Positions 13,612-24,117 of a stretch of DNA of 64,000 nt are shown here, in pieces (the first letter of the stretch is position 1; every line of letters starts with the position of its first letter). The notes beneath the pieces are model-generated. The model made no database searches and was not told the origin of the DNA. It was given only the letters and a program-made list of their open reading frames with translations. The DNA comes from a virus. The translations under genes were made by a program, and so were the position numbers. Location of the stretch: positions 28,206 to 92,205 of IMG/VR virus record IMGVR_UViG_3300007722_000005; one strand, 5' to 3'.

Positions 13612-16203
13612 CTAATCAAATAACGATATTGTTCTCTCAGCTTTCCAACCAACCGCATTAAGTATTGTTTTGATTGGACCTAAGAACGTTTTTTCAAACT
13701 GCATGTCGATGTCAACATATTGATCGAGGCCTAACTCTTTCGGTAATCTACCAAGAGTTGCAATGACGTGTTGATGTGTTGGATTTGGTAACGTTAAGTA
13801 GCTGAATTTGGTCTTGTCACCGTTTCTTATCTTCAAGTACTTCGACTCAAGATTTTTACTTTCAATTAGAGTGTTGTACACAATCGCACCACGAACGTGA
13901 ATTGGACACCCTTTTTCTACATCACTGTATTCATCATTATCATCGAAAAGAGTAATTTTATCAACCGGTGTTCCTCGCCACTTTTCGATATTCATAATTC
14001 CTCGAGGAAAAGCGACTTGTTCGAATGGTAGATTATAAAATTTTTCCTTAAAGGCTGCAATGTAGTCAATCACGGTTTCTTCATTGCTTGCCATAATCAA
14101 TTCGAGTGTTGCTTTGATACTTTCCTTGCACGCTATAGGTGTAGACGACTTAACCGCCTCAATACCCTGCATTTTCAGTCTTGGCTTCGCGTAGCGGACA
14201 CCCTCGTTGTCATACACATTAAGAATATAGTGTTTCTTCCCTGTCCAAATACCCTTATTCGCGATTGCTTCACGTTTCATTTTCATCTTTTGCTGAAACG
14301 CGTTGACGTTCACTGCTAATTGGTCAAAACACTGATCGATGTAAGGTTCTAGGACTTGTTGGCATAATACATCAAGACTATCCACTATTTGCTCGTCTGT
14401 TTGTTTTGGATAGTTCTTTGTGACGAATGTATCGAGGTTAAGATACATTGAATCGGTGTCACACGCGATAACATAATCAACGTCGACAGTGTTCATCTTA
14501 TCGTTGAGTAATATGTTAATATGTTTCTCAATCCATCTGATAGCGAGTTGGCCCGATAGTGTAATGGACTCAGCATACTTCCGCTCAAACCACCTAAAGT
14601 GTTTGTTAGCAAGGGCGCCGTAAGCACTGTTCAATTGAATCTTTTTTGCTTGCTGCATATTATTACATCGTGCAATCTCGTTAACCAATTCAGCACGACG
14701 TGTTTTGCTTGTTGCTTTTTCAAGTTCTTGTTTGGCCACGAGCATTCGGTTTTTCCACACAACACGGTCGTTGTACATCTTCTCCATCAAGAAGGGAAGG
14801 AATCCTTGACGGTCGCGGTCGAACATACAACCAGATCCACAAATAGTTTTGTTGTTATCTACCGTTTCTTTTTTAATCTTCTCGTCAAGCAATCCACCAT
14901 TAATTAGGTTCTCGATTTCAAGCCCGTGAATTTGATCAACAAACGTTTCCGGTGAGATATTATACTGCATAATAATATGAGGGTACAAACTATTCAAGTC
15001 AAAGGATACCACCCATTCATACATTCCAACCTTAGGTGTTTTGACGAAGGCTCCTTGAATTTTTTCGTCGGTAGCAACATCAAATCCTGTGTGGTACGGT
15101 ACAATTATATTCTTCGTGCGAAGGTGGTTGTGGATCATGACGTCCCATATACGCACTGTCGTCAAACACTCGACTAGGTTAACTTTTGCTGCGTACGAAA
15201 TAGAAACAGCTTGTTCAATTAGCTTTAGCTTATTCTCCATTTCATAAACCAACTCAACGTCAATAATGTTATAGTTAACGAAATTGAAGAAGTCTTTTTC
15301 GTAGAATTCTGCTAGCGTATCAAAACCAAGACTATTGTAGTCTAGTTTTTTGCGACCAAGCTCCATGAACGACACGTGGTCCAGTGTGTAGTTTTCCTGT
15401 GGGGTATAAGAGAATTTCTTATACAACACGAGGTAGTCGAGGATTGTAATTCCTGCTGGGTGATTCATTTCTTTTGGTGGCCCGTCGGGATTGAAGCGAT
15501 TGGGAACAAACCTTTTGACGAAAAAACCAAATGGCGACAAGCGACTTACATGTTTGTTACCGAGGACAACCTCAATCCGCTTCATTAAGTAGGGCATATC
15601 AAATTCTTCCACGTTCCACCCTGTCACAATATCAGGTGCAAACTGTTTCGAATTCCATATGATAAGGAATTTGTTAAGTAAATCCTTTTCGCTTTGGCAC
15701 TTGAGGTAAGTTACATTTGGATTGTCGGTTTTATATGGTCGCGTGCCAAGAACAATGTACTTACCGTTCTTGGCTAGTGATATTGTGATGACTGCTTTGT
15801 CGCCGGTTTCCATGTTTTGGAAACCACCTTTCGAGTCCGTCTCAATGTCAATTACTACTAAAGAAAGTTTCGAATGTTCAAATTCAATATCAGTGCTGTA
15901 GCGGTCGTTAATATAATTGTGTACTATTTCAAATTCGCGGTGGCCAAACCCGTACATTATTTGTTGGTCATCGAGATTGCCGTACAATGCAGCTGCATTA
16001 CGAAAATGCTTTCGTGACGTGAAAGTCTTTTTGACGAGAGGAATGCCTTTGAGTGAATGGAATGTTGTCGGCAGACCTTGAGCAGGAACGAAGCAATATG
16101 GTTCACACTCTACTTCTTCACTAAAACGTTTACCGTCGCGATACCCGACAACACATAGTTTGTTGTCTTTGTTGCGGTAGCTTACGTTTGAATAAAATTC
16201 CAT
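13612..16203 (-). CDS. 43: family B DNA polymerase (gp43)
   Basis: DIET exonuclease motif, SFDLNSLYP, KIQLNSAYG, DTDS. Confidence 0.98.
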   Translation of the reverse strand: MEFYSNVSYRNKDNKLCVVGYRDGKRFSEEVECEPYCFVPAQGLPTTFHSLKGIPLVKKTFTSRKHFRNAAALYGNLDDQQIMYGFGHREFEIVHNYINDRYSTDIEFEHSKLSLVVIDIETDSKGGFQNMETGDKAVITISLAKNGKYIVLGTRPYKTDNPNVTYLKCQSEKDLLNKFLIIWNSKQFAPDIVTGWNVEEFDMPYLMKRIEVVLGNKHVSRLSPFGFFVKRFVPNRFNPDGPPKEMNHPAGITILDYLVLYKKFSYTPQENYTLDHVSFMELGRKKLDYNSLGFDTLAEFYEKDFFNFVNYNIIDVELVYEMENKLKLIEQAVSISYAAKVNLVECLTTVRIWDVMIHNHLRTKNIIVPYHTGFDVATDEKIQGAFVKTPKVGMYEWVVSFDLNSLYPHIIMQYNISPETFVDQIHGLEIENLINGGLLDEKIKKETVDNNKTICGSGCMFDRDRQGFLPFLMEKMYNDRVVWKNRMLVAKQELEKATSKTRRAELVNEIARCNNMQQAKKIQLNSAYGALANKHFRWFERKYAESITLSGQLAIRWIEKHINILLNDKMNTVDVDYVIACDTDSMYLNLDTFVTKNYPKQTDEQIVDSLDVLCQQVLEPYIDQCFDQLAVNVNAFQQKMKMKREAIANKGIWTGKKHYILNVYDNEGVRYAKPRLKMQGIEAVKSSTPIACKESIKATLELIMASNEETVIDYIAAFKEKFYNLPFEQVAFPRGIMNIEKWRGTPVDKITLFDDNDEYSDVEKGCPIHVRGAIVYNTLIESKNLESKYLKIRNGDKTKFSYLTLPNPTHQHVIATLGRLPKELGLDQYVDIDMQFEKTFLGPIKTILNAVGWKAERTISLFD

Positions 16204-16265
16204 ATTATTGCCAGTATGTTTGATTTTACGATTCACCATTATACCACACAATCAAGTTGAAGACA

Positions 16266-16292
16266 ACAAAAAAGGCGCCGAAGCGCCTTTTC
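16266..16292 (-). terminator. intrinsic terminator after hsp20
   Basis: AAGGCGC-UUCG-GCGCCUU plus U-run. Confidence 0.8.
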
Positions 16293-16399
16293 TTACACGA
16301 AGTTGCGATGCTTTAATTTGCTTTGTGCTTCAAGTTCGCGTGCTTCGTGTAGTACTTCTAAAACAGTCATCAACGATGACCAAATTTTCTTAAACATTA

Positions 16400-16885
16400 T
16401 TACTCCATTAATAGTTGTTTGCTGCCCTTTGTTTCGACGCCCGCATTGATCTCAACCTTTTTAGGCTTCTTTGAGTCGGGTATAATTTTCTCAAGAAAGA
16501 TCCTGAGCATTCCATCGATCAACTCTGCGTTCTGTACTTCCATGTAGGTAGGGATTCCCCATCCTCTTGTGAACGCTCTCGATCCAATTCCTTTCCAGAC
16601 GATGCCTTTGCTATCTTCTTTCGAAGACCCCTTTACCACAATGGTGTCGTCATCAATTGTGATCTCGAGTTCTTGTTTATCAAACCCAGCAACGGCAATT
16701 TCAATTTCGTACTTTGTGTCGCTAATCTTTTTGATGTTGTATGGTGGGTAGTTTGGAACATTTTTTGTTAGTTGTTCATAAAGCTTGTTCATTTTCTCGA
16801 ACTCTGCTTCAAACCCAACAAAATAAGGGGCAACCGCGCTTGCCCAGTACTGTCCAAATACCAATGATAGTGGTAAGTTTTTCAT
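16400..16885 (-). CDS. small heat shock protein (Hsp20/IbpA-like)
   Basis: NYPPYNI, IEIAVAGF, AELIDGMLRI. Confidence 0.93.
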   Translation of the reverse strand: MKNLPLSLVFGQYWASAVAPYFVGFEAEFEKMNKLYEQLTKNVPNYPPYNIKKISDTKYEIEIAVAGFDKQELEITIDDDTIVVKGSSKEDSKGIVWKGIGSRAFTRGWGIPTYMEVQNAELIDGMLRIFLEKIIPDSKKPKKVEINAGVETKGSKQLLME

Positions 16886-17018
16886 GTGTTCTCCTTTAAA
16901 TTAAGCAAGATTAAAAAATACAGGCTCCTTTCGGCAACCTGTATTAATATATATCAAACATATGTTGTGGGGCAACATAGTTCTGACCTCGAATATCTGC
17001 GAGGTCAGATTAGAAAAA

Positions 17019-17648
17019 CTAAGCCGTCTTTATGTAACTAGCTTTTCTTGCAGTCTTTTCGACAAGTTTAAATCCTAAGGTATCGATTAGTTTTTCTATA
17101 TCGTCGTGTGGATACAACAATATATCATCAAAAACCCAGGCTCCACCTACTGCAGTGCGTTGCGCGAAAAAAGAAATCTCGTCTCTCAGGGCTTTTGCGG
17201 TGTGTGGTCCGTCAAAGAAAACTAATGCGTACTTGTTTTCAATTACCTTGAAGTTGTTGTAGAAAGGGACGCCATCTGCAAATCGCGTAAAAAATTCTGT
17301 GTCCTCGAGACACATAAACGTCACATTAATTGGTTTACCTTGGAGATACTCATATATTGCTGGGAGCGCCTCGTTCCGCATATCGTTTGTGTAGTCAAGT
17401 TTGACTGAACGCTGTCCTTCGAGTTCACCAGGAAGGTAATCAATATTACCATAAGGATCAATACACACAACATTTCTGTTGATGTCACTATTCTCAAGAA
17501 CAGCGTCGACGATCACTTTTAAGCTACCGCCACGCCGCGTTCCAACCTCACACAGCATCCCATTGACAGGTTTAATTAGTTTTGCTGCGTTCGCGAGGAC
17601 GTGGTAGTCGGTTGAATCTGTTTCAAGTCCTATTACAATTTTTAACAT
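17019..17648 (-). CDS. class I SAM-dependent methyltransferase
   Basis: CEVGTRRGGS, CIDPY, FFDGPH, VFDD. Confidence 0.8.
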   Translation of the reverse strand: MLKIVIGLETDSTDYHVLANAAKLIKPVNGMLCEVGTRRGGSLKVIVDAVLENSDINRNVVCIDPYGNIDYLPGELEGQRSVKLDYTNDMRNEALPAIYEYLQGKPINVTFMCLEDTEFFTRFADGVPFYNNFKVIENKYALVFFDGPHTAKALRDEISFFAQRTAVGGAWVFDDILLYPHDDIEKLIDTLGFKLVEKTARKASYIKTA

Positions 17649-17752
17649 AAAAAAGTTCTCCTCAATTCAGTTATCATGCTAAGATCGGTTCGTCGTTTTC
17701 GGGTGGTGTTGTTAGGAAAGTGGTCGTGCCACTTGCTCGCAGTGTTTCACTT

Positions 17753-18139
17753 TTATCGTTTTCCTATGTTATACTTTGTGACGAGCTCCCACTCACCTTT
17801 TTCCCTGTGGGTAATAACTTTAATCTGGCTGAGTGGAGCTTTTGGTTCAGCGGTCCTTGTTTTCTCTACTATTGAAACAAGCCCCCACTCACTTAGCAGA
17901 TTTGTTATAGTGTTCCGGCGGCCGCGATCTTCTTCGGAAAAATTAGACGGCTTGCCGTCCAGAGCAAACAACTCTTTGAAATGGACGATGTAGTACTTGC
18001 CCCGCTTGTGAAGAATGTGACAGCTCTGGAAAAGTTTTTTGTCTTTACGTGATGCCACCCCAATCCTCGTAAGTGTTTCCCGTATTTTAAGGAAAGCGTC
18101 GGGATCAGCAAGAATTACTTCCACCAGACTTTCAATCAT
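17753..18139 (-). CDS. regA: translational repressor RegA
   Basis: FLKIRETLTRIG, QSCHILHKRGKYYIVHFKELF. Confidence 0.97.
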   Translation of the reverse strand: MIESLVEVILADPDAFLKIRETLTRIGVASRKDKKLFQSCHILHKRGKYYIVHFKELFALDGKPSNFSEEDRGRRNTITNLLSEWGLVSIVEKTRTAEPKAPLSQIKVITHREKGEWELVTKYNIGKR

Positions 18140-18522
18140 GATTCCCACCTTTTTATTATTTTTTTTATAATGGTGAGCTGATCTGGCGTTAGTATTTTAA
18201 GTGCTTGCAAAGTCTTATCGTTGCTATATCGATAATATGCTTGCACCGCCTTAAAATCCTCACTATCCAACCTTTTCACCCACTTTGCAAACCTTTTTGC
18301 GGGTCTGATACTATTTAGAAAAAAGTGATATTGTAACTTGTTGGGTAGTGTGGTAAATTGGTTCATTTCATTGCTGTGCAATATTGTATCGGGAAAGTAA
18401 GATAACCCCTTGTTTACAATGAATGGTACGTATAATTTTTCTACTCGGGTGTCGTTCTCGCTCCCTGTCATTAAGTCTTTTTTAGACCCATTTATTGAGT
18501 TGATGAAGTCAAATGGGCTCAT
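18136..18522 (-). CDS. 62: clamp loader small subunit (gp62)
   Basis: MSPFDFINSIN, YVPFIVNKGLSYFPDT, RFAKW. Confidence 0.93.
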   Translation of the reverse strand: MSPFDFINSINGSKKDLMTGSENDTRVEKLYVPFIVNKGLSYFPDTILHSNEMNQFTTLPNKLQYHFFLNSIRPAKRFAKWVKRLDSEDFKAVQAYYRYSNDKTLQALKILTPDQLTIIKKIIKRWES

Positions 18523-18700
18523 TGTTATTAAGCTCATTAGGTACTTCATCAACAAACGTTTGTTGACGATCATCAACAAACCATTCTGCAACCTCTCTCG
18601 TATTAAACGTGGTGTAGATGACCCATACGTCCGAATGGTCTTCGGCACGCATCACTGCAAACTTTGGTGCATTTGGCTGAAGAACTATTTTGTATTTCAT
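18509..18700 (-). CDS. hypothetical protein
   Basis: Overlaps the gp44 stop and the gp62 start. Confidence 0.5.
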   Translation of the reverse strand: MKYKIVLQPNAPKFAVMRAEDHSDVWVIYTTFNTREVAEWFVDDRQQTFVDEVPNELNNNEPI

Positions 18701-19638
18701 ACGAACTCACAGTCTGCCATAATCTGTGTGAAGCACGCTGCAAGATTAATTTCCTGGTCGGCAACAAACGCTGCTTTATACTGATATTCAGCGAGGATAA
18801 GAACTAGTGAAGGAATGCACGGCTGCTTGACATATTGAATTGCTTCATCATACAACCGCCGAAACAACGTCGTTTGATCGATATCACTATTCTCCCCTAC
18901 CCATTTGCGCATCTCGGTGAAACTTTTTGCTTTGAGATGTTTTACGAGGTTTTTCAATGATTCGTCTGATAGTGATGTAAGAATCCCCACATCAATTGCA
19001 CCCGTCGAACTATAGCGTTGCAGCTCGTTTAGTGCTCTCCGCCAATCAGGAAAGAACTTCGTAATGAGAGCGGCAACAACCTTCTTATCATGCTTGACAC
19101 CTTCTTTTGTGAGAATGTCAATTGTTAGGTCGAAGAACTTTTTCGCGAGAGTAGGTTTTTCTCTGTTCTCAATTTTGAATTCAATTACGCTGCACCGCGA
19201 GTGTAGCGGTTCAATGATTCTGTTCTTGAAATTGCACGTGAGAATAAAACCACAATTGGTGGCAAACTCTTCCATAAAATTACGAAGAGCTGGCTGTGTG
19301 GAGTTTGCGTTAAGGTAGTCTGCTTCATCAAGAATAACATACTTCCGGCCTCCCGTAAAAGACACAGAGGACGCAAACGCAGTGATATCATGTCTTAATG
19401 TATCAATATTGCCGTTCAGTGATCCGTTGATCACAACACTGTCGCAGCCAAGCTCGTTCAACATTGCCTTGGCGACAGTAGTTTTACCAACACCAGATCG
19501 ACCAGTCAGCATCAAATTTGGAACATTCTTATCATCAACAAATTGTTGAAAGGTCTTTTTTAGCTGTTCAGGCAGCACACAGTCAGCGACAGTTTTAGGT
19601 CGGTATTTCTCAGTCCACAAAAAATCACCATGTATCAT
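18697..19638 (-). CDS. 44: clamp loader large subunit (gp44)
   Basis: LWTEKYRP, GRSGVGKT, ILDEAD, LHSRC. Confidence 0.97.
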   Translation of the reverse strand: MIHGDFLWTEKYRPKTVADCVLPEQLKKTFQQFVDDKNVPNLMLTGRSGVGKTTVAKAMLNELGCDSVVINGSLNGNIDTLRHDITAFASSVSFTGGRKYVILDEADYLNANSTQPALRNFMEEFATNCGFILTCNFKNRIIEPLHSRCSVIEFKIENREKPTLAKKFFDLTIDILTKEGVKHDKKVVAALITKFFPDWRRALNELQRYSSTGAIDVGILTSLSDESLKNLVKHLKAKSFTEMRKWVGENSDIDQTTLFRRLYDEAIQYVKQPCIPSLVLILAEYQYKAAFVADQEINLAACFTQIMADCEFV

Positions 19639-19645
19639 AATATAG

Positions 19646-20311
19646 TTACTTTCTAAAAGTTGATTGGCTTCCGTTTGCAGCTATCCAATACTGCACATCT
19701 CCTCCCTTAAAATGCGATATCCCTTTTGATGTGATTTCTACTTCGTAATCTTCTGGAAGCAGTTTGAAATGCTCTCCGTTGAATACGATTTTAAATTCAT
19801 ATGGTGTATTACCGACCGGCGTTTCATACCTATTGTTTGTCGTCTTTGTTCCCGCATCCAAAGCAGTTAATTTGATAACATCACGATCCCCTATAACACC
19901 AATTGAAGGCAACTGAAGAACATTAAGGGCCTTTATTAGTGAGCTGTATGTTTGCTGTGGGAGAACGAAAGCTATCTCGGGGTTTTTTAGGATAACCTCT
20001 TTGTCAGGTGGCGTTGGGATCAATTCCTTCACGGTGTAGAATATTGATACCGACTCTTTTGAATTAGCGATTCTTAGGTGATTAGTTTCAAACTCAATAT
20101 CTGGGTCTTCGAACAACGAAAGAACACCCAGCAAACTACCGAGATCAAGAATTGCAAACGGCTGCGTAAACTTCTCGACCACAGTTGCGCTTGCGAGAAT
20201 CTCTTTGTTTGCTGATACAGTAGAGATTGTGGAGCCAGGTTCAATCGCGATCGATTTGTTGATCAACGTAAAGTTTTTTAAAATTTGCAACGTGCGTGCA
20301 CTAAGTTTCAT
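19646..20311 (-). CDS. 45: sliding clamp (gp45)
   Basis: MKLSARTLQILKNF..IN; synteny with gp44/62. Confidence 0.93.
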   Translation of the reverse strand: MKLSARTLQILKNFTLINKSIAIEPGSTISTVSANKEILASATVVEKFTQPFAILDLGSLLGVLSLFEDPDIEFETNHLRIANSKESVSIFYTVKELIPTPPDKEVILKNPEIAFVLPQQTYSSLIKALNVLQLPSIGVIGDRDVIKLTALDAGTKTTNNRYETPVGNTPYEFKIVFNGEHFKLLPEDYEVEITSKGISHFKGGDVQYWIAANGSQSTFRK

Positions 20312-20326
20312 AATATAAAGGTCCTT

Positions 20327-20575
20327 TTAGTGTAACGTGTCCCATCTAGATCCCTCTGAAGGCTTTTCAGCAAGACTCTCAATAGTTTTCGTAAGCATTT
20401 TAATCAGCATCTCGTTTGAAACAACTAATTTGAAAGATTGGATTGCCATTGAATAAAGTGCAGAAGCAGAGAGCATCATTGTTTCTTTATCCTGCACTTC
20501 GCTCTCTACAACATTCCCGACACGAGTAATCATATTATCAATGAATTCTTTGTGTTGTTTTTCTAACACAATCAA
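20327..20575 (-). CDS. hypothetical protein
   Basis: Operon-packed ORF. Confidence 0.55.
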   Translation of the reverse strand: MIVLEKQHKEFIDNMITRVGNVVESEVQDKETMMLSASALYSMAIQSFKLVVSNEMLIKMLTKTIESLAEKPSEGSRWDTLH

Positions 20576-21519
20576 GCCCTTTTTCCAAGTTGCGCCGCAT
20601 CAGCTGTTGCCGATGCACCGATTGAAGCGAGATCTGCGAGGCTGCCTCCAAACACGTAAGACCCAACATGTTGCAGTTTCATCCATGGACACAGCCATAC
20701 CTTCAGATTGGCTTTGTCGCAATTGTAGCAAAACATATAATCTTCTGATAGGTATCGCTTTGATGCACCGGCTTCAGTATCCAACAACTTTTGTGCAAGT
20801 TCTTGCAGACCTTCTTTTCCCTGTGCTACATCTTTAAGCAGTGTGTGGAGGTCTTCGTTTGTGTATCCCCGATCGATAATGCAATCAAAATACGCCATAA
20901 TCTCCCTAGAACCGTCAAATGCGGCCGTTCGAATGTGATCTGGCTTGTACAACTGCTTTGGATAATGTTTCTGGTACGTTTCAAATGTTTTGCGACGGAT
21001 CATCATAAATCCAGTCCCAAGCTCACGAACCTCTGTTGGCTTGTCAATTGCAATTTGGAGCTGACCACCTTTAGGATTGAAAACATAATCACCAACATAC
21101 TTCTCAAGCTCGTTGGGGTTCTTATCAGCTACACCCTTATCAACAGCCGATTTAATTTTCTCCCACGAGATGCACTTCTTTGGATATGGACCACCCATTA
21201 CATCATATGGAGAGTCGTCTGACATTATGGCGGCCAATGCAAGAACGTCGTTTGGGTCAAAACCAATATCCGCATCGATGAACATTAGATGTGTAGCCTC
21301 TGAGCGCAAAAATTCATCAACACAATAGTTGCGAGCTCGTGTAATCAAACTCTCGTTGAACAAGAAGTACAATTGTAGCTGTACTTGATACCTCGCACAA
21401 ATAGCTGCAAGATCTGCAATTGATCGGGTATACATTCCAGCACACATGCCGCCATACATCGGTGTCGCGACAAACAGCTTCTTTTTCCTAAGCTCGTCTA
21501 CCTCTATCTTAATTTCCAT
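20572..21519 (-). CDS. GT-A fold glycosyltransferase-like protein
   Basis: ATPMYGG, NESLITRARN, FIDADI (DxD), GTGFM, SEDY. Confidence 0.75.
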   Translation of the reverse strand: MEIKIEVDELRKKKLFVATPMYGGMCAGMYTRSIADLAAICARYQVQLQLYFLFNESLITRARNYCVDEFLRSEATHLMFIDADIGFDPNDVLALAAIMSDDSPYDVMGGPYPKKCISWEKIKSAVDKGVADKNPNELEKYVGDYVFNPKGGQLQIAIDKPTEVRELGTGFMMIRRKTFETYQKHYPKQLYKPDHIRTAAFDGSREIMAYFDCIIDRGYTNEDLHTLLKDVAQGKEGLQELAQKLLDTEAGASKRYLSEDYMFCYNCDKANLKVWLCPWMKLQHVGSYVFGGSLADLASIGASATADAAQLGKRA

Positions 21520-21528
21520 AAAGTTTCC

Positions 21529-22023
21529 TTATTTGTTGTATTTTTTGTCGTGCTCTTTGCCAATTCCATATGACCCATCGTATAGAGTCAGTGCTTCTGC
21601 ATCGAACGATATGTATTGCCCAATTCGTGTTCCTTGTTTAATTCTCATTGGTGCAACAGAGACATGCATTACAGCTGCCATGACACCGTGGTATCCTGAG
21701 TCATACAACCCTGACGTCAGGAACACACCATTACGGTTGAGTGTTGATCGTGTAATAACCCAACCAGCTTCACCGGCGCCAACACGTATAACATTTTCCA
21801 TCACTACTTCATAATCACCTGGCATCAACTGGTACCAACCGTTTACGTCAGGAGTGCACTCTACTGTGCCACGGTGTGTTTTGTTTTCGTTGTCTATCGT
21901 GAACACGTTAGGTTTGATAAGAAATATTTTACCCAGCCTCAGGTCGACCGCGTTTGGCTGTGAATCTCCCTCGGCGACATTGGTAAGTTCTGATTTTGAA
22001 TTTGGGCCGCAAATATGTTTCAT
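21529..22023 (-). CDS. dCTP deaminase / trimeric dUTPase family protein
   Basis: QPNAVDLRL, RSTLNRNG, YDSGYHG, RIGQ. Confidence 0.88.
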   Translation of the reverse strand: MKHICGPNSKSELTNVAEGDSQPNAVDLRLGKIFLIKPNVFTIDNENKTHRGTVECTPDVNGWYQLMPGDYEVVMENVIRVGAGEAGWVITRSTLNRNGVFLTSGLYDSGYHGVMAAVMHVSVAPMRIKQGTRIGQYISFDAEALTLYDGSYGIGKEHDKKYNK

Positions 22024-22427
22024 TTATCATATTCCTTTAACTTATGGTTGATAAATTTGACATTTTTTGTCGCCAAATCTAGAAGCTCATAAGTTGAGTA
22101 TAAATCTACGCCCGACTTGCCAGCTGGACCATCGGAGCCGCGCGGTGGATCATCTGATTTTTCCGCAACCTCACTTTTATCTCTCACATACATCATCAAG
22201 ATGATATAATGCATTGCTTTCAAAAGATCCTTTTCGTTTCGGCCGTCTTTCTTGCCATACCGTGCAAGATATTTGATTGCGGTGTCACGTGCAGTTGTTT
22301 CAAGAGAACCGTTTGCCTCCCACAAATCGATTACTTGCACATCTTGTTTTCCAACATAATGTTGTTTGTATGTTGATTGAATAAAAGCTAACAGCTTTTT
22401 AATATTTTGTTCTTCATTAAATCTCAT
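22020..22427 (-). CDS. DUF3310 (SaV-like) protein
   Basis: HY...QVID...IKYLARYGKKDG..KDLLKAMHY. Confidence 0.8.
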   Translation of the reverse strand: MRFNEEQNIKKLLAFIQSTYKQHYVGKQDVQVIDLWEANGSLETTARDTAIKYLARYGKKDGRNEKDLLKAMHYIILMMYVRDKSEVAEKSDDPPRGSDGPAGKSGVDLYSTYELLDLATKNVKFINHKLKEYDK

Positions 22428-22530
22428 TGTGGTGGCCTTTCCCAGCTCGCGCTGTGTTCTGGATCTTCCCACAATTTTAACTTATTGTTGATAAATTTGA
22501 TATTTTTTGTCGCCAAATCTAGAAGCTCAT
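22036..22530. repeat. 55-bp direct repeats (22036-22090 and 22476-22530) bracketing most of the DUF3310 gene
   Basis: 2 mismatches; both encode ELLDLATKNxKFINxKLK. Confidence 0.9.
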
Positions 22531-23329
22531 GATCGTGGCATTTGTGATTAAAGTCAACATGATGGAGAATTTTGCCCCTCTTCAATCCTGTTGGAGAGCA
22601 ATCAAAACCTACACCCATAAGACCTGCCCATATTGCGGCGCTCGAATCCCACGAATTAATGTATGGAACAAAATCTTCGAGTAGATCAATTTCGTTTGGA
22701 CCGTCGGTCATACCAAGACAATGAAACCGCTTGTATGCTTTGTCATTAACCAGAGCTCCGGCATCTCTCAGAGCTTTAAACACAGTCCAACGAGATAAAT
22801 ATCGTTGAAGTTTATGCGCATCAGAGGTGACGGCTAGTGGGCCCTCGTCAATACCAAGGGCGTGAGGGCAAGCTAGTATAGACACACCAATTAAATCAAT
22901 AAGAGGATTATCGATTGCCCATCGGAAGCTCGTAATTAGCCCGTGTAGATCGCCGATTTCGCTTTGAGGGACAAAGAATGTTTTGAATCCTGCTTGTCGA
23001 ATAACAAGTGCTTGAAGTTGCGCGGTGTTGATCGTATCGGTGAACGGGCAACCTGGATGATCAGTCATAACAATAACGTCGGCTTTACAAGCTCTACCCA
23101 TTGCAATCAGTTTATTCGCGGGATACATCGGCCGGCCTTGTTTGAACATTTCAAACGCGGAGTTATCCATAATCTTTTCTTTGCCGTCATCAAGGTTTGT
23201 GTAGAAGTCGCGGTATACTTCGTCTGATTCAACAAGATGAGCAAGGATTAAATGGGACTGGTTGTAGTGGGAAAAGAGGCCGAGGTATGGGGTCGGCGCT
23301 ATATGGCAAAATTTAATATTTGTGGTCAC
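22424..23329 (-). CDS. dpdA: DNA 7-deazaguanine transglycosylase (DpdA, TGT fold)
   Basis: IMDNSAFE, FVPQ, FHCLG, SWDSS TGT-like motifs; clustered with folE, queD, queE. Confidence 0.78.
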   Translation of the reverse strand: MTTNIKFCHIAPTPYLGLFSHYNQSHLILAHLVESDEVYRDFYTNLDDGKEKIMDNSAFEMFKQGRPMYPANKLIAMGRACKADVIVMTDHPGCPFTDTINTAQLQALVIRQAGFKTFFVPQSEIGDLHGLITSFRWAIDNPLIDLIGVSILACPHALGIDEGPLAVTSDAHKLQRYLSRWTVFKALRDAGALVNDKAYKRFHCLGMTDGPNEIDLLEDFVPYINSWDSSAAIWAGLMGVGFDCSPTGLKRGKILHHVDFNHKCHDHELLDLATKNIKFINNKLKLWEDPEHSASWERPPQ

Positions 23330-23331
23330 TA

Positions 23332-23700
23332 TTAATCCTTCCAATAGTAGTTGCGGCAACCGTTTTCACCATCTTCAGACACCTCGATGAAAACGTTTCT
23401 GTTGGGGTATTTCTTCTGAATGTACTTTGCAAGATCGTTTGCGAGCATTTCGCACGATTTGCTTTCCATAGCACCGTGTGTTTTATCAATCACTTTTTCA
23501 AGTTCGCGCTTGAATAAGATAAATTCTACATCGCGGTTATCATGAAAAACTTCCATCTCAACTCTAAAATGGAATATGTGTCTGTGAGGATGTCCGAGAA
23601 ATGCTACATCCTTTAATTTTGGGTCTGTTAGAGCCTCAGGGTAAAGATGAATACCTTCTCTTTGAAACGTAACAAATATAAAGCTATCAGTTTTATTCAT
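23332..23700 (-). CDS. dpdL: QueD paralog, DpdL-like CDG decarboxylase
   Basis: LGHPHRHIF fits the LxxxHRHxF signature as I recall it; adjacent to dpdA. Confidence 0.72.
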   Translation of the reverse strand: MNKTDSFIFVTFQREGIHLYPEALTDPKLKDVAFLGHPHRHIFHFRVEMEVFHDNRDVEFILFKRELEKVIDKTHGAMESKSCEMLANDLAKYIQKKYPNRNVFIEVSEDGENGCRNYYWKD

Positions 23701-23715
23701 CTTATATTACCTATC

Positions 23716-23748
23716 AAAAAAAAACTGCCGCCGGAGGCGGCAGTTTTT
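23716..23748. terminator. intrinsic terminator
   Basis: AAAAACTGCCGCC-GGA-GGCGGCAGTTTTT. Confidence 0.85.
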
Positions 23749-23777
23749 GGCTCAATCAAAATACTAGGTATTAAATG

Positions 23778-24020
23778 TTATCGGCCACCAAAGACCGTTT
23801 GACCACCGAATGCATAAGCGAGGCGCACCATTTCTTTTGATGGGCGGCCAATCTTGTATGACGATCCGGTTTTGGTGCGGTTCGTATAGATTGGATACCC
23901 TTCTGCACGAAGTTCGGAAATACGTGCTGACGGGTTAGTGATACCTAGCGAATACGCCTTACGTGATGTAAGTTTGCGACCAGTGTTGAGGACATTAAGA
24001 ATTTTTGTATATTGGTTCAT
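23778..24020 (-). CDS. winged helix-turn-helix protein
   Basis: PSARISELRAEGYPIYTN. Confidence 0.75.
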   Translation of the reverse strand: MNQYTKILNVLNTGRKLTSRKAYSLGITNPSARISELRAEGYPIYTNRTKTGSSYKIGRPSKEMVRLAYAFGGQTVFGGR

Positions 24021-24117
24021 TTAGATCTCCTTTAAAAACTACTCATTTCAGAATAATAGAGTCACAATAACTCCATCAACGTACCACTTTACTACATTTA
24101 AAAATAAAAGTCAACAG

